A model generated the notes under the pieces. The model was not told where the DNA came from. It searched no databases and saw nothing but the letters and a program-made list of their open reading frames with translations. DNA of 64,000 nt, taken from assembly GCF_034530835.1 (NCBI RefSeq), contig NZ_JAVRCI010000020.1, positions 11,572-75,571 on the forward strand, in the 5' to 3' direction. Position 1 is the stretch's first letter. The number at the start of each line of letters is the position of its first letter. The position numbers were made by a program, and so were the translations under genes. This document shows positions 1-9,663 of the stretch, piece after piece. This DNA is from Nostoc sp. DedQUE12b. Its GTDB lineage: Bacteria; Cyanobacteriota; Cyanobacteriia; Cyanobacteriales; Nostocaceae.

Positions 1-115
1 ACTGCTCGACAGCCAGTTTTATACCCTTGAAGAACCAGTAGATACTCTATCTATGGATGTTGCACAGCCACCCCAGATAATTGTCCAAAACATTAGAACT
101 GCTCTAGAAATTTAG
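1..115 (+). CDS. hrmK: 3' end of a gluconokinase (gene starts upstream of the window)
   Basis: Frame starting at nt 2 reads LLDSQFYTLEEPVDTLSMDVAQPPQIIVQNIRTALEI*, matching the LLxSQFxTLEEP C-terminal motif of GntK-type gluconokinases. The position fits the N. punctiforme hrm locus. Confidence 0.7.
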   Translation, partial: LLDSQFYTLEEPVDTLSMDVAQPPQIIVQNIRTALEI

Positions 116-252
116 CTGAGTGATGACAACCGTAATATTAAGATTAATCACGTATCTAGGAAAACACGAACTTTTGGCAACTAAATCACATCAGATGTAA
201 GTCTAAAGAAATATCAAAGCAAGCAGATAACTGTAATGGTAGGAGAAAAGTA

Positions 253-573
253 GTGTTTCTAAGATTAGCGCAACAGCATCAACAATTCGTCCAAGACTTG
301 GTAATGAACCTGCAAGCCTTGACAACTATACTTGAGCGGCGTGGCTATACTGCGTCTTGTTATACATGCGGCGAGCAAATGAGTGCTTCATTTATGGTTA
401 GCCTGAAAGAAAAGCACCTGATTCGGTTTTTAGTGTCTGATTACGGAATTACTTGGATGGAATTATGGGACGATCGCGAACTAATGAAGTTGGAGGGTGC
501 AGAAGCGATAAACCAGCTACAAGAGTTGGCTAATCTTGTTAAGTATTCCACGACTGTACAATTGAGAAATTGA
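253..573 (+). CDS. DUF1815 family protein (cyanobacterial hypothetical)
   Basis: MFLRLAQQHQQFVQDLVMNLQAL...RGYTASCYTC pattern recognised as DUF1815. Confidence 0.7.
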   Translation: MFLRLAQQHQQFVQDLVMNLQALTTILERRGYTASCYTCGEQMSASFMVSLKEKHLIRFLVSDYGITWMELWDDRELMKLEGAEAINQLQELANLVKYSTTVQLRN

Positions 574-619
574 TACTAGGGTGATTGAGTCAGACAGAAA
601 GATTCATAATTATAGCTCT

Positions 620-842
620 TGCATACGTGTGTCACCTAAAAGATTAGCTTATATCTAGTAAATTCATGCACGGTTGTGCAAAAAAAACAAAAGCACTGTT
701 TTCAATCTGAACTAAACACATTGGGTAAGACAGTGAGGAAAGTGGATTGTGCATAGGTATGCAAAGATGAAATGAAACTTAACACGCATTTTTGCACACG
801 TGTGCAAAAATAAATCCAAGACAGGTTTTGCACACCTGTGCA
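620..842. promoter_or_regulatory. Array of five TGCAY-N4-RTGCA-like palindromic operator sites, LacI-family type
   Basis: Perfect 24-bp palindrome ATTTTTGCACACGTGTGCAAAAAT at 788-811. Related sites: TGCACACCTGTGCA 829-842, TGCATAGGTATGCA 750-763, TGCACGGTTGTGCA 667-680, and a weaker TGCATACGTGTGTC 620-633. Confidence 0.75.
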
Positions 843-896
843 TAATAGAGTGCGAAAGTCCCATTTAACAAATACAATATCGACAAGTAGGAAGAT

Positions 897-1793
897 ATGT
901 CTCAAACTCTAAATAATGCCATTCTTCAGGCTCAAAACAATCCCTTACATTCACTAGAAGAATGGGAAGAAGACTTACTTAATCGCTATCCCGATCCAGA
1001 TAACATCGTTAAAGAAGGTAAAACCACCGAAGAGTACAGGAATTACGAAACCACTATCAGAGATACGGTGAAAGAGTTTTATCGGTTAAATCATATTAAC
1101 CAAACATATAATTTTGTACTTCAAAAAGAAAAAGAATTTTTGAAGTTTGATAAAAAAGAAATGTCTGTTTGGGATGCGATCGAATTTTTGAATCAATTAG
1201 TCGATGATTCCGATCCTGATACAGACATGGATCAGTTACAGCATCTATTGCAAACATCAGAAGCTATTCGCGCCGATGGTCATCCTGGCTGGATGGTACT
1301 TACTGGCTTCTTTCACGATATGGGGAAAGTGCTTTGTCTGTTTGGTGAACCTCAATGGGCTACTGTAGGCGATACTTATCCTGTAGGTTGTGCATTTTCA
1401 GATAAAATTGTTTTTTCAGAATTCTTTAAAAAAAATCCTGATTATAATAACCCCGATTACAACACTAAATATGGCATTTACGAGCCTAACTGTGGATTGA
1501 ATAATGTACATATGTCATGGGGGCATGATGAGTATTTTTATCAGATGATGAAAAACTATTTGCCCGAACCTGCATTGTATATGCTTCGCTATCACTCATT
1601 TTATCCTCAACATCGTGAAAATGCGTATGAACATTTGATGGATAAACATGATAAAGAAATGTTTAAATGGGTACGTTTATTCAATCCCTACGATTTGTAT
1701 TCCAAAAACCCTATTCCTCCTGATTGGCAAAAATTAAAACCATACTATGAAGATTTGGTGGCTAAATATTTACCCACAACATTAAAATTTTAA
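897..1793 (+). CDS. hrmE: myo-inositol oxygenase (MIOX, HD-domain di-iron)
   Basis: [49 protein letters not shown] and FNPYDLYSK motifs of MIOX; context matches the hrm locus. Confidence 0.9.
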   Translation: MSQTLNNAILQAQNNPLHSLEEWEEDLLNRYPDPDNIVKEGKTTEEYRNYETTIRDTVKEFYRLNHINQTYNFVLQKEKEFLKFDKKEMSVWDAIEFLNQLVDDSDPDTDMDQLQHLLQTSEAIRADGHPGWMVLTGFFHDMGKVLCLFGEPQWATVGDTYPVGCAFSDKIVFSEFFKKNPDYNNPDYNTKYGIYEPNCGLNNVHMSWGHDEYFYQMMKNYLPEPALYMLRYHSFYPQHRENAYEHLMDKHDKEMFKWVRLFNPYDLYSKNPIPPDWQKLKPYYEDLVAKYLPTTLKF

Positions 1794-2562
1794 ACTGCTT
1801 GGAGAAGAATTCAGGAGCCAGAATTCAGAATCCTCTATTTCTAAGGGAATAGAGTCAGAACAAGAAATTACATCTGCAAAAAATAAAACAGATATGTAAC
1901 TGTTCTTTATCCCTAATCAGGCTTAAAAAAATTACTTCTGTATGGTCTTCAAGTGATGGAGGAGCAATAACAAATAAATACGCTTGGCAAGCAGATTTGA
2001 GTTGATTTTTAAAATCTAACCAAAGGATGTTTACATTTATCAAAATCCAGCAGTCAAATCAAATTATTTGTCCACTATAAGAGGATCTTTTCTGAAGGAG
2101 ATTGATTGAGAAATGTTAACGATTTTAACATTGACCTTAATATTGAATAAGCTAATTTATACGAGTATTTTTGAATGTAGACTTTAAGTTATATCGAGAG
2201 ATTTAAAACCCTTTAAATTTGTAAAGTTCGATAAACAAAATTAATTTCTGTACTAGAGCGGGATAAAATGAAAAAAGTCGATGAACAAATAAAGATTTAC
2301 AATTTTAATAAAACTAGTTTTTGGAAGTTTCACTTAAAAGCTATTTTCAGGCTATGCGCTACGAAATAATTTTACAAAAAAAATGCGATTGTTTCAAGTA
2401 GTGTAATGTTCATAATTGTGCTTGAAGAATAAACTGTTTTCTTTTGTGAAACTAATAGCAATAACTGCAATTAACCAAATTACCAAACTTTTGAAGTTTA
2501 AATTCCAGAAGCTAGTAGTAACGCTAGGTTAGGTCTAAGTTTTTCAGACCTACTTTATCTTG

Positions 2563-2577
2563 TGATAACGTTTATCA
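2563..2577. promoter_or_regulatory. Possible LacI-type operator upstream of frtA1
   Basis: Near-palindrome TGATAACGTTTATCA with a central CG, 25 nt before the frtA1 start. Confidence 0.35.
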
Positions 2578-2602
2578 AATTTAAATCAGTTGTTAGAAAT
2601 AG

Positions 2603-3610
2603 ATGAATATGAAAAGAATTTCGCTCATAGTTGGCATATTAGGTTTCGCGGTTGTTGGTTGCACAAATGGCGCTCAAAATAGCAACACAGCTAGTAATAG
2701 TACTAACAAGGCTACTAATATAAGCGCAGAAAGTCTTAGTACGCCAAATAGAAAATTGCAAACAATTGGCGTAGCTTTGGGTGATTTAGGCAATCCCTTC
2801 TATAATGCAGTGCAGAAGGGGACTGAGACAGAAGCTCAAAAAATCGGAGGGAATATCAGAGTTAATGCAGTTTCTAGTGCCTTTGATCTGAACCAACAAA
2901 GCAACCAAATCGAAAATTTTACGGCTGCTAATACTGACTTAATTATCCTCAGCGCTGTTGATAAAAAAGGAGTTAAACCAGTTATCGATCAAGCAAGGCT
3001 TGCAGGTAGGGTTGTTATTGCATTAGATTCAGCCGTTGATGCAGATGTAGATGCAATGATTAGTTCCAACAATACCCAAGCTGGTGAGGTTGCTTGCCAA
3101 TATATTGCCGATCGCCTCAAAGGTCAAGGTAGTGTAGTCATCCTCAACGGTACTCCGATGGACTCAATCAATCAGCGAGTGAGTGGCTGTGAGAAATCAT
3201 TGTCTAAATATCCGAATATTAAACTCATCTCTAAAGAGCAAAACGCTGAAGGGACAAGGGATGGAGGACTGAGAGTCATGAGCGATTTGCTGACAACCTT
3301 TCCGAAAATTGATGCCGTTTTTGCCACTAACGACCAAAGCGGTGTCGGCGCAGATTTAGCAGCTAAACAAGCGAGACGTAAAGAATTTTTTATTGTTGGG
3401 GTTGATGGATCGCCCGATGCAACCAAAGCAATGGAAGATAAAGATGGTCTATTTGCTGCAACTGCTGCTCAAAATCCCGCAGGGATGGCTCAAAAAGCGG
3501 TTCAGATTGGCAACGATATCATCCAGGGTAAAAAACCTGAGTCACCAAATATCCTGATTCCAGTCAAGTTGGTTACTAGAGAGAACCTCAGCAGCTATCA
3601 AGGCTGGTAA
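2603..3610 (+). CDS. frtA1: Sugar ABC transporter periplasmic binding lipoprotein (fructose/ribose type), copy 1
   Basis: Lipobox (AVVGC), RbsB-like fold motifs (LGNPFY, IDAVFATND, VGVDGSPDA); first of two tandem paralogs. Confidence 0.85.
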   Translation: MNMKRISLIVGILGFAVVGCTNGAQNSNTASNSTNKATNISAESLSTPNRKLQTIGVALGDLGNPFYNAVQKGTETEAQKIGGNIRVNAVSSAFDLNQQSNQIENFTAANTDLIILSAVDKKGVKPVIDQARLAGRVVIALDSAVDADVDAMISSNNTQAGEVACQYIADRLKGQGSVVILNGTPMDSINQRVSGCEKSLSKYPNIKLISKEQNAEGTRDGGLRVMSDLLTTFPKIDAVFATNDQSGVGADLAAKQARRKEFFIVGVDGSPDATKAMEDKDGLFAATAAQNPAGMAQKAVQIGNDIIQGKKPESPNILIPVKLVTRENLSSYQGW

Positions 3611-3743
3611 TTTATAATTCGTAATTCGTAATTATAAAACACAGAAAAAGGCTTGATAAAGGAGGGTTAGTATATTTGACCCGGTTTTTAAAATACATCG
3701 TTTTCAAAATTTGTGTAAGTAAGAAATGACTTGTAGGAGATAT

Positions 3744-4772
3744 ATGAATGTGAAAAATATTGTAATTGCAGCTAGTCTACTAGGTATGATCAGTGGCAGT
3801 CTGATCGGCTGTACAAATAGTTCTCCCGATGGCAACACTGCTACTAATACTGATATTAAACCTGTTACCAATACTAGTGCAGAAATTAAAACCGCCACTG
3901 GGAATAGAAAGTTGCGATCGGTTGCCTTCACCGTTGGCGATTTAAGTAACCCTTTCTTCGTTGTTATGGGACAAGCAGTTGAGGCAGAAGCGAAGAGAAT
4001 TGGCGGAAAAGATGTCAATGTGATTATAGCTTCCAGTGCCTATGACCTCAACCAACAAGCAAACCAAATTGAAAATTTTACTGCCGCGAATACTGACATC
4101 ATTGTTTTAAATGCTGCTGACAAAAGTGGAATTAGACCAATAGTTCAAAGAGCAAAAAAAGCAGGTGGAATTGTCATTGCCGTAGACACAGGTGCAGAGG
4201 GAGGTGTGGATGCCACCATTACGACCAATAATGTCCAAGCTGGAGAAGTTAGTTGTAAATATATTGCTGACCGCCTCAAAGGTAAAGGCAATGTAGTAAT
4301 AGTTAATGGGCCGCCAGTGGACTCAGTAATTCAGCGAGTTAGTGGCTGCGAAAATGTATTATCCAAATATCCCAATATCAAAATTCTCTCTAAAAACCAG
4401 AATGCAGATGGTAGCCGGGATGGAGGGCTGAGAGTTATGACTGATTTGCTCACAACCTTTCCGAAGATTGATGCTGTTTTTGCCATTAACGATCCGAGTG
4501 GACTTGGCGCAGAACTAGCAGCGAACCAAGCACAACGTAAAGATTTCTTTATTGTTGGGGTTGATGGTGCGCCAGAAGCAATAACTGCGATCGCCAATAA
4601 AGATGGTATATATGCAGCAACTGCTACTCAAAATCCGCGAGGGATGGCCGAAAAAGCAGTTCAAGTTGGCAATGACATTTTAAATGGGAAAAAACTTAGC
4701 AGTTCCACCATTTTGATTCCAGTTAAGTTGATCACCAAAGATAACGTCAGTACAGAAAAAGGCTGGAAGTAA
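3744..4772 (+). CDS. frtA2: Sugar ABC transporter periplasmic binding lipoprotein, copy 2
   Basis: Clear paralog of 2603-3610 with lipobox LIGC. Start placed at ATG 3744 after AGGAGA rather than at the ORF-track start 3726. Confidence 0.85.
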   Translation: MNVKNIVIAASLLGMISGSLIGCTNSSPDGNTATNTDIKPVTNTSAEIKTATGNRKLRSVAFTVGDLSNPFFVVMGQAVEAEAKRIGGKDVNVIIASSAYDLNQQANQIENFTAANTDIIVLNAADKSGIRPIVQRAKKAGGIVIAVDTGAEGGVDATITTNNVQAGEVSCKYIADRLKGKGNVVIVNGPPVDSVIQRVSGCENVLSKYPNIKILSKNQNADGSRDGGLRVMTDLLTTFPKIDAVFAINDPSGLGAELAANQAQRKDFFIVGVDGAPEAITAIANKDGIYAATATQNPRGMAEKAVQVGNDILNGKKLSSSTILIPVKLITKDNVSTEKGWK

Positions 4773-4862
4773 TAGAAATTGTGAATTTGCAATTGAAAAA
4801 TATGCCTTTTGATATCAATCTTTTGGTGCGTTTGTAAAGTTTTTGCACATACCTAGAATGTC

Positions 4863-4978
4863 TGGCGGTTTTCACTTAAATTAATACCAAACCTCATCTT
4901 TATTCCTGTCTTTTATTTAATAGCAAGATGGGTTTGGAAAGAGGTTAAAACTCTGCTGCACCCAATTGAGAACCGCTA
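4863..4978. mobile_element. Small MITE-like element
   Basis: Imperfect terminal inverted repeats TGGCGGTTTTCACTT (4863-4877) and AATTGAGAACCGCTA (4964-4978). Confidence 0.4.
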
Positions 4979-5180
4979 TGTATGTGCATCAGGGGAAAAT
5001 CTAAGTGTCTATTTATAGCACTCGAATTTTCCCAACAACCTCTATTAAGTAACCTTAACAACCAAGTATGAAAATATCTCTTCCCCATTCCCTATTTTCA
5101 CACTAGTAGTCAGCTTTTAAAACATGATTTGCGGTCAATCAAATATGAGTTTATTAGTTTCTAATTTACAATCGTGCGAT

Positions 5181-5201
5181 GCCTACGGCGGGCTGCGCCT
5201 A
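5181..5201. repeat. 21-nt small dispersed repeat inserted in a HIP1 site
   Basis: GCGAT|GCCTACGGCGGGCTGCGCCTA|CGC; removing the 21 nt restores GCGATCGC. Confidence 0.8.
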
Positions 5202-5235
5202 CGCGAATTTTAAATAGTTTTTACAGGTTTTGCTC

Positions 5236-6792
5236 ATGACAACCAATATTGAAACCTCACGTTCTGATACACCAACTAGCACCCCAGTGTTAGAAATGCA
5301 AGGAATTACAAAACGATTTCATGGTGTATCTGCGCTCCAAAATGTTAATCTCACGATTTACCCAGGAGAAGTTCACGCCCTCATGGGTGAAAACGGAGCG
5401 GGCAAAAGCACATTGATGAAAATCCTGGCAGGGGCTTACATTGCCGACGAAGGAGAAATTCGCATCAATAGTCAACCCTTGAAAATCACCGATCCGGCGA
5501 CAGCACGCAAGGCGGGTATTAATCTCATTTATCAAGAATTGAATGTTGCACCGAATTTAACCGTTACCGAAAATATGTTTATGGGTAGCGAGTTGCGGCG
5601 AGGTCAGTTTTTAGACCGCAAAGCGATGCAACAAGAAGCAGAAGAAGTGCTGGAAAGCCTTGGAGCCAATTTTACTGCGCAGACTATAGTTGGTACCTTA
5701 TCGATCGCTGAACAGCAGCAAGTGGAAATTGCCCGAGCGCTGAAGGATAAAAGCCGCGTTTTAGTGATGGATGAACCAACAGCTGCCCTATCTGACCGCG
5801 AGAGCGACCATTTATTTGAGGTCATTCGCAAACTGCGGCGTGATGGTATTGCCATTATCTACATCAGCCATCGCATGGAAGAAATCTATGCCCTAGCTGA
5901 TCGGATTAGCGTGTTGCGTGATGGTCAATATATTGGCAGTCTGACACGCAGTGAAATTTCTCCCCAGCGATTAGTGCAGATGATGGTTGGTCGCTCCATG
6001 CAAGACTTTTACGAACATCAACGGCAAATGAATCCTGGGCCAGTGGTGCTGTCAGTCAGAAATATGAGCGACGCCCGCAAAAAGATTGAGCCGGCTAGTT
6101 TTGAACTTCATGCTGGAGAAATTCTGGGTTTAGCTGGGTTGGTTGGTGCCGGACGCACAGAACTATCCCGGCTGATTTTTGGTGCAGACCGTAAAGCTAG
6201 TGGCGAAGTATTCTTGAATGGGATGAAACTGGAAATTAATAGCCCCAGTGATGCCATTGCTGCGGGAATTGGCTACGTTCCAGAAGACCGCAAAGATCAA
6301 GGTTTATTTCTGGAAATGAGTGCCCGCAAGAATATTGCCATCAACACACTCAAGCAAGATGCAAAGGGTGGAATTGTTAACTGGCCTTCAGTGAATCGCC
6401 TGTCAACAGATGCGGTGGAAAACTTTAATATCCGCCTAGCCAATTTGGAAATTAGAGCGCTCGATCTTTCTGGTGGTAATCAACAGAAGCTATTGCTAGC
6501 GCGTTGGTTAGCCATTAAACCGCGAGTGTTGATGTTAGATGAGCCGACACGCGGCGTAGATATCGGTGCTAAAAGCGAAATTTATCGAATCATGAGCGAA
6601 TTAGCAGCACAAGGTGTTGCTATTTTAATGGTTTCCAGCGAACTATCAGAGATTGTCGGCATGAGCGATCGCGTCTTAGTGATGCGAGAAGGACAGCTGG
6701 TAGGTGAGCTGGATGGCAGTCTTGGCAAAGAAATCACCCAAGAAAAGATTATGCACTACGCAACTGGAGCATCGGAGGTATCAGCATTATGA
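5236..6792 (+). CDS. frtB: Sugar ABC transporter ATP-binding protein (two NBDs, RbsA type)
   Basis: GENGAGKS Walker A, VMDEPT Walker B, second half LSGGNQQK and LDEPTRGVD. Confidence 0.9.
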   Translation: MTTNIETSRSDTPTSTPVLEMQGITKRFHGVSALQNVNLTIYPGEVHALMGENGAGKSTLMKILAGAYIADEGEIRINSQPLKITDPATARKAGINLIYQELNVAPNLTVTENMFMGSELRRGQFLDRKAMQQEAEEVLESLGANFTAQTIVGTLSIAEQQQVEIARALKDKSRVLVMDEPTAALSDRESDHLFEVIRKLRRDGIAIIYISHRMEEIYALADRISVLRDGQYIGSLTRSEISPQRLVQMMVGRSMQDFYEHQRQMNPGPVVLSVRNMSDARKKIEPASFELHAGEILGLAGLVGAGRTELSRLIFGADRKASGEVFLNGMKLEINSPSDAIAAGIGYVPEDRKDQGLFLEMSARKNIAINTLKQDAKGGIVNWPSVNRLSTDAVENFNIRLANLEIRALDLSGGNQQKLLLARWLAIKPRVLMLDEPTRGVDIGAKSEIYRIMSELAAQGVAILMVSSELSEIVGMSDRVLVMREGQLVGELDGSLGKEITQEKIMHYATGASEVSAL

Positions 6793-7787
6793 GTCAAACA
6801 GTCAGACCGCCTATCAATAAATCAGCCAACAATCCCGCAGCTCGCAACCGGAAATCAATCAGCAGTCTGTTGGAAGTTGCAGGTATTTTGCCAATTTTAG
6901 TAATTATCTGCATCTTATTTGCATTCCTTTCTCCCAACTTCCTCACCGGCGGTAACATCGTCAATATCTTGCGTCAGGCATCAATCAATATTGTGCTGGC
7001 GACAGGAATGACTTTTGTAATTCTCACCGGCGGTATTGACCTTTCGGTTGGGTCAATATTGGCTGTTTCTGCGGTAGTTGCATTGCTGGTATCACTACTA
7101 CCGGCTTTAAGTTGGGCAGCTGTACCTGCTGCGTTGCTTGCAGGATTGCTGTTAGGCTTACTCAACGGTGCGCTCATTACCTTCTTGGATGTGCCACCTT
7201 TTATTGTCACGCTGGGTTCACTTACAGCCTTACGGGGTGTTGCCTTTTTAATTGCCAAGGGTACAACCCTGATTAATCGGGACATAAATTTTGCTTGGGT
7301 GGGTAATACATACGTCGGCCCCATTCCTTGGCTAGTGATAATTGCGTTACTGACTGTGATAGCTAGCTGGTTTATCCTGCGGCAAACTGTTTTAGGAGTG
7401 CAGATATATGCTGTGGGTGGTAACGAACGGGCAGCCAGATTAACAGGGATTAAAGTTAATCGGGTGTTGCTATTCGTCTATGGTATTAGCGGATTACTAG
7501 CAGGTTTAGCAGGAATCATGAGTGCTAGCCGTCTTTATAGTGCCAGTGGCGTAATAGGTCAGGGGTACGAATTAGATGCGATCGCAGCTGTTATTCTAGG
7601 TGGAACCAGCTTTACAGGTGGTATTGGTACCATTGGTGGCACCCTTTTAGGTGCATTAATTATTGCGATTCTCAACAACGGTTTAACCTTGTTGAACCTA
7701 TCTTACTTCTGGCAACTAGTCGTCAAAGGACTAGTAATTATTTTGGCAGTAACGATCGATCGGTTACGCAGACGTTCTAGACGGTGA
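6789..7787 (+). CDS. frtC: Sugar ABC transporter permease (RbsC type)
   Basis: [32 protein letters not shown] and [14 protein letters not shown] motifs; ATGA overlap with frtB. Confidence 0.9.
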   Translation: MSQTVRPPINKSANNPAARNRKSISSLLEVAGILPILVIICILFAFLSPNFLTGGNIVNILRQASINIVLATGMTFVILTGGIDLSVGSILAVSAVVALLVSLLPALSWAAVPAALLAGLLLGLLNGALITFLDVPPFIVTLGSLTALRGVAFLIAKGTTLINRDINFAWVGNTYVGPIPWLVIIALLTVIASWFILRQTVLGVQIYAVGGNERAARLTGIKVNRVLLFVYGISGLLAGLAGIMSASRLYSASGVIGQGYELDAIAAVILGGTSFTGGIGTIGGTLLGALIIAILNNGLTLLNLSYFWQLVVKGLVIILAVTIDRLRRRSRR

Positions 7788-7901
7788 ACAAAAGGCAGGG
7801 GAGCGGGGGAGCAGAGGAGAAGTTGCAGTAAGTCTTTCCCCTCTGCCCCTCTCCCCCTCCGCCCCTCTGCCTTCTATACCCAATTCTCAATATATAAACT
7901 T

Positions 7902-8206
7902 ATGTCTTCTACTACTGTTCGTCGTAAAGCCAGCACGTTTTATGTAATTTTGATCGCTGGTGCCGCTGCCCTCGGCGGGTTTTTATTCGGTTTTGGCACT
8001 GCTGTAATCAATGGTGCGCACTTTCGATTGCTGCTGCTATGCAATGGGTTGCTAATTTCCTCATTTCGACAACATTTCCTCCGATACTGCAATATTTCGG
8101 TCTAGGTTCTGCCTATGGACTCTATACAGTTGCAGCAGCTACCTCATTCTTTTTCATTCTCTTTTTTATTAAAGAAACCAAAGAAATTGAGTTAGAGGAT
8201 ATGTAA
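7902..8206 (+). pseudogene. glcP: Glucose:H+ symporter (sugar porter MFS) with a large internal deletion
   Basis: N-terminal 39 codons (AALGGFLFGFGTAVINGA) are joined out of frame at about 8017 to the C-terminal 62 codons (ALSIAAAMQWVANFLISTTFPP...IKETKEIELEDM*, stop 8204-8206). Confidence 0.88.
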
Positions 8207-8251
8207 TTTGTACTCTTCATCAAGTCTGATTTTGCTACAAGTATTAAGGTA

Positions 8252-8285
8252 AGAATTCAGGAGTCAGAATTCAGAATTCAGAATA
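8252..8285. repeat. Heptamer-type short tandem repeats (AGAATTC); similar tracts at 1804-1832, 3613-3635, 7795-7870 and 35038-35105
   Basis: agaattcaggagtcagaattcagaattcagaat, typical of intergenic repeats in heterocystous cyanobacteria. Confidence 0.7.
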
Positions 8286-8497
8286 GTTAAAGAATTAGGA
8301 GATAATTGGATACATAAATGTACTAATCATGCTGCATTCCTTTTCAATTATGACTTTTGAGTTCTGAATGCTGAATTATTACATTTGTAGTAAGCACTTT
8401 AGTGCTTAGATGAAAGTTAGAGCCACCCACTACGAACTTATCAAAATTAATTTGGTGAACTAAATACAAACTCTCGCTTCAGTCAATCACTAAAAAG

Positions 8498-9553
8498 ATG
8501 GAAACTATCAATACGGCTCTTTGTTCATCTGGTTTATCCGGCATGGTATTTCATGCGCCGTTTATTGATTTACATCCCGGATTTAAATTAGCTGGTTCTT
8601 GGGAAAGAAGCAAAAAGCTGATACAGGAAAATTATCCTGATGTTAAAAGCTATCCTTCTTTGGAAGCATTGCTAGCAGATGAGCAAGTAATCTTGGTGGT
8701 AGTAAATACACCCACTTATACCCATTACGATTATGCTAAACAGGCATTGCTTGCAGATAAGCATATAGTGGTAGAAAAAGCATTCACCACAACGGTAGCA
8801 GAAGCAGAACACCTCAAAGAATTGGCACACAAACAGGGAAAAAAATTATCTATATATCAAAACCGGAGGTGGGATAGTGATTTTCAAACAGTCAAAAAAA
8901 TTGTTCAAGCGGGCTTATTAGGTGATATTGTTGAAGCAGAATTTCAATTTCAAAAATATAAGCCAACCCTTAGTCATAAACAACATGTTGAAGTTCCCAG
9001 TCCGGGGGCAGGAACATTAAACAATTTAGGGCCGCACTTAATAGACCAAGCTTTGCATTTATTTGGAATGCCCAATGCTATTTTTGCAGATATCCGTATA
9101 ACTAGGCTGCGATCGCAGGTAGATGATTGTTTTGAGTTGATACTATACTACGACAAACTGCGCGTCAAATTAAAAGCAGGTTTCCTTGTACGTGAACCTG
9201 CACCTGCCTACATCATACATGGCACTCATGGTTCTTTTCTTAAAAGCAGAGCCGATAAACAAGAAGAGTATTTAGTGGCGGGTATGAAGCCTAACACACT
9301 TGATTGGTATACAGAACCGGAAAGTGAATATGGCTTGCTTCATACAGAAAAAGACACAAAAGTAATTCGGGAAAAAGTCAAAAGTTCACAGGGCAGTTAT
9401 TTAGATTATTACGATGCAGTATATAAATCTATTGTTAGTAATCAGCCAATTGCTGTTACTGCCGAAAACGGAATTAATGTAATGAAAATTATAGAAGCCG
9501 CTATGAAAAGCAGCAATGAGCAAAAAGTCATAACATTGCTTGAAGTGAGCTAA
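8498..9553 (+). CDS. Gfo/Idh/MocA family oxidoreductase (YdgJ/IolW-like)
   Basis: GLSGMVFHAP N-terminus, HIVVEKAF, YQNRRWDSDF, LGPHLIDQAL. Confidence 0.85.
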   Translation: METINTALCSSGLSGMVFHAPFIDLHPGFKLAGSWERSKKLIQENYPDVKSYPSLEALLADEQVILVVVNTPTYTHYDYAKQALLADKHIVVEKAFTTTVAEAEHLKELAHKQGKKLSIYQNRRWDSDFQTVKKIVQAGLLGDIVEAEFQFQKYKPTLSHKQHVEVPSPGAGTLNNLGPHLIDQALHLFGMPNAIFADIRITRLRSQVDDCFELILYYDKLRVKLKAGFLVREPAPAYIIHGTHGSFLKSRADKQEEYLVAGMKPNTLDWYTEPESEYGLLHTEKDTKVIREKVKSSQGSYLDYYDAVYKSIVSNQPIAVTAENGINVMKIIEAAMKSSNEQKVITLLEVS

Positions 9554-9663
9554 AACTCCAACTTAAAATATGTAACTTTAATGTTGATTAGCTCATACTT
9601 TGGTTCGAGGATAACTTCTTTCGTTACAAGCTCGTAATTCAACCATTTTAAATTAATAAATCA

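Noticed and set aside
1855-2043. 62-aa minus-strand ORF between hrmE and frtA1
   Set aside because: No motif recognised, AT-rich, and bounded by tandem repeats.
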